From the NCBI GenBank assembly GCA_965279035.1, contig OZ257142.1, forward strand, positions 3,104,001-3,168,000: DNA of 64,000 nucleotides. The letters run 5' to 3'. Made by a program: the position numbers and the translations under genes. The stretch's first letter is position 1; each line of letters begins with the position of its first letter. Of the stretch, positions 58,893-64,000 are shown piece by piece. Origin of the DNA: Bacteroidia bacterium. Lineage in GTDB: Bacteria; Bacteroidota; Bacteroidia; M30B66. The notes beneath the pieces are model-generated. The model did no database searches. It saw only the letters and a list, made by a program, of their open reading frames with translations, and was not told the DNA's origin.

Positions 58893-60046
58893 TTTCCGGA
58901 AGCGTTAGAAATAAATCGTTCAATGATTTCTTTACTCATTCCTAAATTGCTCTTTTCCTCCTCACTTAATAGTGAACTTGATTGAAGAACAATTATTCCA
59001 GGAAGTAAATTCCCAGCTAATACTGCATAACGATCCGATTGCCAAAGTTTCGATTCGATATAGGCTATTACCTGTTTATTTGTATAAAATTTTTGTAGTT
59101 CTTTTAAATTTTTAATTTCTCCTGCACTAAAGCGACAAAGTGGTCCAACAGGAAATAAATTAGATTGGTATTTTGTGAGTATATCAGGACGAACAGTCCA
59201 AGAAATATATACCGGTTTTTTACTGAGAGAGATCGTAGTAAAAAGTGCCGCTTCTGAGTTTCCTGAATAAGTGAGATTTCGATCCCAAGCTGAAATTGTT
59301 TTCTTCAACCATGCAGCATCTTCAATCATGGCGAGAGAAATTATGGTGACTTTCTTAGCATTCAATTGCTCCCATAAAGGATACGTATCAAATTCACCAT
59401 TACTAATGATTAAACTTCCTTCCGGAACCGACTCAATCATCCATTTTGCATATTCGCGTTGAAAGTTCGAAATGGTTCCATTGGATCGACATGCTGCAAG
59501 GGCTTTTGTACGAGATGAAATATCTCCGTTTCGCTCAGCCAACCAAGCTGCTTCGGGAGCAAGCAAACTATTATTCGGATTTATTCGGGATGCCTGAGTA
59601 AAATAATTTACTGCTTCTGGACTATTCCTGTTTTCGCGGAGTTGCAAATACTGATATGTAAAACTTCCTGCAATTTCTGCTTGACTACTCCGAATTAACT
59701 GATCTAATTCTTGTTGCTCTTTACTATCTAATTTTCCATCATCCGATAAATCTGAATTACGTTTATTTTGATATGCATCATACCAATAAACTTCTCGTTC
59801 CTGTGAAACTTGATTTGAATTCAGATTAAATTTGACTGATTCATCATCCCTTTGTTCACTTTTAGCGGGTGAATCATCGTTCTCATTTTTCTTTTCTTCC
59901 AGCTTGCGATTGTTTGATTTCCCTTTATTTAATCGGTAATGCAAAGGTTGAACTCGAATTTGTTGTGAATTGTTTGCTGGTGCTTGTGCTTGCCCATAAC
60001 ACAGCAAGGACAAAAGGATTCCAGTGATGATCAAAAATAACCGCAT
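58889..60046 (-). CDS. Secreted TPR-like protein with DUF2723-type soluble domain
   Basis: Signal peptide; helical TPR-like segment; ESVPEGSLIISNGEFDTYPLW resembles GDNDTxPLW of DUF2723 proteins. Confidence 0.55.
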   Translation of the reverse strand: MRLFLIITGILLSLLCYGQAQAPANNSQQIRVQPLHYRLNKGKSNNRKLEEKKNENDDSPAKSEQRDDESVKFNLNSNQVSQEREVYWYDAYQNKRNSDLSDDGKLDSKEQQELDQLIRSSQAEIAGSFTYQYLQLRENRNSPEAVNYFTQASRINPNNSLLAPEAAWLAERNGDISSRTKALAACRSNGTISNFQREYAKWMIESVPEGSLIISNGEFDTYPLWEQLNAKKVTIISLAMIEDAAWLKKTISAWDRNLTYSGNSEAALFTTISLSKKPVYISWTVRPDILTKYQSNLFPVGPLCRFSAGEIKNLKELQKFYTNKQVIAYIESKLWQSDRYAVLAGNLLPGIIVLQSSSLLSEEEKSNLGMSKEIIERFISNASGK

Positions 60047-60069
60047 ATTTTGGGACGTTTTGGCAGCAA

Positions 60070-60094
60070 TATGCCAATTACTTCCTCAGGTTCA
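60070..60094 (-). promoter_or_regulatory. Putative autoregulatory ECF-sigma promoter
   Basis: Minus strand TGAACCT-N14-CATA, 23 nt upstream of ATG 60046. Confidence 0.65.
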
Positions 60095-60283
60095 ACATTC
60101 AGTTGATTTCTTTCTTAGAATTGTTTAACTAATATGTAATGAAATCATTTTCAGAAGAATACAACCTAAGTAAACAATGTAAAATTTGGAGTGTTTATAA
60201 CCAAGCCCACACAAATTGTCAGCCGGATGCTCTCTGGTTGTATCTTTGTTAAAACCCGAATCATTAACAAGCAAACATAGATC

Positions 60284-60604
60284 ATGGCTTTAGAAATCAC
60301 AGATGCAAACTTCGAAGAACTAGTTCTTAAATCAGATAAACCCGTCCTACTTGACTTTTGGGCAGAATGGTGTGGCCCTTGCCGCGTTGTTGGTCCTATC
60401 GTTGAAGAACTTTCCAAAGATTACGATGGAAAAGCAGTTGTAGGAAAAGTAGATGTGGATAGCAATCCAAACATTTCCATGCAATTCGGAATTCGCAATA
60501 TTCCTACACTTTTAGTGTTTAAGAACGGTCAGGTTGTCGACAAACAAGTAGGTGCTGTTCCTAAAACAGTATTAGCTTCAAAACTTGACGCTCAACTAGC
60601 TTAA
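60284..60604 (+). CDS. trxA: Thioredoxin
   Basis: DFWAEWCGPC, IRNIPT; upstream TATCTTTG at 60241. Confidence 0.97.
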   Translation: MALEITDANFEELVLKSDKPVLLDFWAEWCGPCRVVGPIVEELSKDYDGKAVVGKVDVDSNPNISMQFGIRNIPTLLVFKNGQVVDKQVGAVPKTVLASKLDAQLA

Positions 60605-60625
60605 AACAATTCATTGACATTTCAG

Positions 60626-60657
60626 AAAAACACAGTGCTTTCCACTGTGTTTTTTTT
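60626..60657 (+). terminator. Terminator after trxA
   Basis: AAAAACACAGTG-CTTTC-CACTGTGTTTTT. Confidence 0.85.
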
Positions 60658-60673
60658 GTTTAATTGCATCCTT

Positions 60674-61603
60674 ATGCCAATCAACCGACAGGAAATACAA
60701 CAATTTGGACATCTCGAGCTATTAGCACGTCAGGTGGTGGAAGGGTTTATTACCGGACTACATAAAAGTCCCTTTCATGGATTTTCCGTTGAGTTTGCAG
60801 AATACCGTTCCTATAATCAAGGAGAATCGACACGTTACATCGACTGGCGATTGTTTGGGAAAACCGATAAACTCTATGTAAAACGGTTTGAAGAAGAAAC
60901 CAATTTGCGCTGTCAAGTTGTGATTGATCGATCTCCTTCGATGTATTATCCCTTGGATGCGAAGGAAAAAGGCAAAGAAAGTAAACTGAGTTTTTCGGTA
61001 AAAGCTGCAGCGGCTTTGTTTTATATGTTGAACAAGCAACGCGATGCAACTGGTTTGAGTGTTTTTTCAGATGATTTAGAAATACAAACACCAGCTCGTT
61101 CTTCAGGTGTTCACATGGCGATGTTGTATGCGGAGTTGGAAAAAATGATGGATACACCTTGGGATGGTAAACCGGGTAAAACCCATGCTGCTCAAGTGCT
61201 TCACACTATTGCCGAGGCAGTTCATAAACGCAGTTTGATCATGGTGTTTAGCGATATGTTCGAAGAAACCAATGATCTGGAACATCTCTTTTCAGCGCTT
61301 CAACACTTAAAACATAATAAACACGAAGTTGTACTATTTCACGTAGCCGATAAACAGAAGGAACTCGAATTTGATTTCGACAACCGCCCTTATCGATTTG
61401 TAGATTTAGAAAGTGGAGAAGAAATAAAACTTCAACCTCAGGAAGTTCGGGAAAAATACTTGGAACAAATTCAATCCTTAACAGCCGAACTAAAGCTACG
61501 TTGTGCTCAATACCACATTGATTTCGTTGAAGCCGATATCAATCAGGATTTTTCACAGGTGTTAATGCCGTATTTAATGAAACGCGCTAAAATGCGTATT
61601 TAA
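60674..61603 (+). CDS. DUF58 (vWA-like, MoxR-associated) protein
   Basis: GLHKSPFHGFSVEFAEYR, IDWR, VKRFEEETN, DRSPSM. Confidence 0.92.
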   Translation: MPINRQEIQQFGHLELLARQVVEGFITGLHKSPFHGFSVEFAEYRSYNQGESTRYIDWRLFGKTDKLYVKRFEEETNLRCQVVIDRSPSMYYPLDAKEKGKESKLSFSVKAAAALFYMLNKQRDATGLSVFSDDLEIQTPARSSGVHMAMLYAELEKMMDTPWDGKPGKTHAAQVLHTIAEAVHKRSLIMVFSDMFEETNDLEHLFSALQHLKHNKHEVVLFHVADKQKELEFDFDNRPYRFVDLESGEEIKLQPQEVREKYLEQIQSLTAELKLRCAQYHIDFVEADINQDFSQVLMPYLMKRAKMRI

Positions 61604-63121
61604 TTATTCATCATTTTTCTCCGGTCGCATTTGAGGGAAGAACAACACATCCTGTATCGATTTCGAATTGGTCATAATCATCGCTAAACGGTCGATACCA
61701 ATTCCTAAACCTGCTGTAGGTGGCATTCCATACTCAATGGCACGCAGAAAATCTTCATCCAACATCATCGCTTCTTCATCACCGCGTTTTCCTAACTCCA
61801 ATTGTTCTTCAAAGCGCTTACGTTGATCAATGGGATCGTTTAGCTCAGAGAAAGCATTGCAAATTTCCTTTCCGTTGCAAATTCCTTCGAATCGTTCTAC
61901 CAATCCCGGTTTGCTGCGGTGTTTCTTTGCCAATGGCGACATCTCCACCGGATAATCTGTAATAAATGTGGGTTGAATCAAATGCGGTTCGCAGGTTTCA
62001 CCGAAAATTTCATCGATGATTTTACCACGCCCCATTGAAGCGTCAATTTGAATATTCATTTTACGAGCAGCAGCAGCCATCGTATCTTCATCCATCTCCG
62101 AAATATCCACTCCGGTAAATTCATGAATGGCTTCATACATCGTCATGCGTTTCCATGGACGTTGGAAATTGATGATATTTTCACCCACTTGGATATCGGT
62201 TTTACCATGAATATCAAGTGCAGCCTTTTCAACCATCTCTTCCACCAAATCCATCATCCAGTTATAATCCTTGTAGGCTACATACAACTCAACTTGCGTG
62301 AATTCTGGATTGTGAAAACGACTCATTCCTTCATTTCGGAAATCCTTCGCAAATTCATACACACCATCAAATCCACCGACAATCAAACGTTTCAAATACA
62401 ACTCATTCGCAATACGCAAATAGAGCGTCATGTCGAGTGTGTTGTGATGCGTTTTGAATGGACGCGCAGCAGCACCACCATATAAAGGTTGAAGAATCGG
62501 CGTTTCAACTTCCAAATACCCACGTGTATTCAAATACTGACGAATCGAATTGGTCAGTTGAGTACGCTTGATAAAAGTGTCTTTTACTTGATGATTCACG
62601 ATCAAATCGACATAACGCTGACGATATCGTAAATCAGGATCAGCAAAAGCATCATACACTTCACCGTCTTTTTCCTTCACAATAGGTAAAGGACGAAGTG
62701 ATTTAGTTAACACTTTTAGAGAAGTAACATGAATGGTTGTTTCTCCCGTTTGAGTTGAAAATGCATAACCACTCACTCCGATAATATCACCTATATCAAG
62801 TAGCTTTTTGAATACCGTATTATATAAGGTCTTGTCTTCACCCGGACAAATATCATCGCGACGTATATATATCTGTATGCGATCGCTAGCATCTTGAAGA
62901 ACAGCAAAAGAAGCATTCCCCATAATTCGGCGAGTCATGATACGACCGGCAATAAAAACTTCTTGAAAATCGCCCGAATCCTTGACAAACTTCTCGTTGA
63001 CTTCCTTGGCAGTAACATTCACAGGGAAAAGATCTGCAGGATAAGGATTGATGCCAAGGTTGATTAATTCATCAAGACTTTGGCGGCGTTGAATTTCAAG
63101 TTCAGAATAGTATTCGCTCAT
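61604..63121 (-). CDS. lysS: Lysine--tRNA ligase (class II)
   Basis: [49 protein letters not shown]. Confidence 0.99.
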   Translation of the reverse strand: MSEYYSELEIQRRQSLDELINLGINPYPADLFPVNVTAKEVNEKFVKDSGDFQEVFIAGRIMTRRIMGNASFAVLQDASDRIQIYIRRDDICPGEDKTLYNTVFKKLLDIGDIIGVSGYAFSTQTGETTIHVTSLKVLTKSLRPLPIVKEKDGEVYDAFADPDLRYRQRYVDLIVNHQVKDTFIKRTQLTNSIRQYLNTRGYLEVETPILQPLYGGAAARPFKTHHNTLDMTLYLRIANELYLKRLIVGGFDGVYEFAKDFRNEGMSRFHNPEFTQVELYVAYKDYNWMMDLVEEMVEKAALDIHGKTDIQVGENIINFQRPWKRMTMYEAIHEFTGVDISEMDEDTMAAAARKMNIQIDASMGRGKIIDEIFGETCEPHLIQPTFITDYPVEMSPLAKKHRSKPGLVERFEGICNGKEICNAFSELNDPIDQRKRFEEQLELGKRGDEEAMMLDEDFLRAIEYGMPPTAGLGIGIDRLAMIMTNSKSIQDVLFFPQMRPEKNDE

Positions 63122-63339
63122 GTGGGTAAATTCGGGCTGCAAAGGTAATTGAGAAATAATAATGTACTAATGCGGAAAAGACTTGGTGTGATGATTCTTG
63201 TTGAAGTAGTTTAAAATGATAGTAATATCAGCCATTATAGAGAGATTATCTATTCATTAACCAAGCTCAAAAAGGAAAAATATCTGAAACTAAATGATGA
63301 GATCAAACATTCTCTTCGATAATATTCAAGGCTGAATGA

Positions 63340-63367
63340 TTTGGGAATGCGAAAAATTATATCTTTG
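63340..63367 (+). promoter_or_regulatory. Bacteroidota -33/-7 promoter for rpsP
   Basis: TTTG (63340) and TATCTTTG (63360). Confidence 0.65.
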
Positions 63368-63398
63368 CCGCCCAATTTGAATCAATAAAAAACAACAA

Positions 63399-64000
63399 AT
63401 GCCAGTAAAAATCAGATTACAACGACATGGTAAAAAGAGTTATGCTTTTTATCATATTGTGATTGCCGATGGTCGTGCACCTCGAGATGGGAAGTTTATT
63501 GAAAAACTAGGCACGTACAATCCAAACACAAACCCAGCTACTATTGAGCTGGATAATGAAAAAGCCCTTACATGGCTAAAAAACGGAGCGCAACCGACTG
63601 ATACAGCTCGTGCAATCCTTAGCTACAAAGGTATTTTGATGCAACTTCACCTAGATAAAGGTGTTGCAAAAGGTGCGATGACTGAAGAGCAAGCTGCTGC
63701 TAAATTCCAGAAATGGATGGACGAGAAGAATGCGAAGGTGGATGGCAAAATCAGCAAATTAGCTGAAGGAAAATCAGATTACCACAAAAAGCGTCTTCAG
63801 GATGAAGCTACCAAGAACGCTGCACGTGCTGCCGCAATCCTTGCCAAAAACTCTCCTGTTGCTGAAGCGGTAGAAGCTGATATTGCTGAAGCTGAAGTTG
63901 AAGCTCCAGTTGAAGTTGCTGTTGAAGCTCCTGTAGCTGAAGAAGTTCCTGCTGCTGAACCAGTTGTTGAAACTCCAGTTGCTGAAGAAGCTCCTGCTAC
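63399..64000 (+). CDS. rpsP: 30S ribosomal protein S16 with long Ala/Glu/Pro-rich tail, 3' partial (absent from ORF track)
   Basis: [45 protein letters not shown]. Confidence 0.97.
   Translation, partial: MPVKIRLQRHGKKSYAFYHIVIADGRAPRDGKFIEKLGTYNPNTNPATIELDNEKALTWLKNGAQPTDTARAILSYKGILMQLHLDKGVAKGAMTEEQAAAKFQKWMDEKNAKVDGKISKLAEGKSDYHKKRLQDEATKNAARAAAILAKNSPVAEAVEADIAEAEVEAPVEVAVEAPVAEEVPAAEPVVETPVAEEAPA

Noticed and set aside
63860-64000. GCTGAAG/GAAGCTCC-type repeats at the window end
   Set aside because: Encode the Ala/Glu/Pro-rich S16 tail that is common in Bacteroidota

Overview
AT-rich Bacteroidota chromosomal segment, judged from TANNTTTG -7 promoter boxes, T9SS C-terminal sorting domains and an extended S16. 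It is mostly housekeeping and envelope genes: dnaA, uvrB, lysS, rpsP, trxA, hbd, tRNA-Arg(CCG), divergent cyanophycin genes cphA/cphB, an Opp-type transporter, a LiaF/LytS/LytTR module, MarR-EmrAB-TolC and an ECF sigma module. Three small accessory patches lie at 17.5-19.8 kb, 47-49.2 kb and 52.5-56.2 kb. I see no CRISPR array, prophage, integrase or recognisable defence system. The best-supported unannotated signals are: (1) an intact IS982 (TIRs, 7-bp TSD) inserted in the last codon of a lipoprotein gene; (2) a 439-bp non-autonomous element about 30 kb away with the same IS982 ends, an 8-bp TSD and a structured, possibly pseudoknotted non-coding cargo; (3) an ECF sigma/anti-sigma module with an identical TGAACCT-N14-CATA motif in front of both its own operon and a SIMPL gene; (4) several REP-like and heptamer repeats. 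Family assignments come from motif recognition by eye, not database searches.
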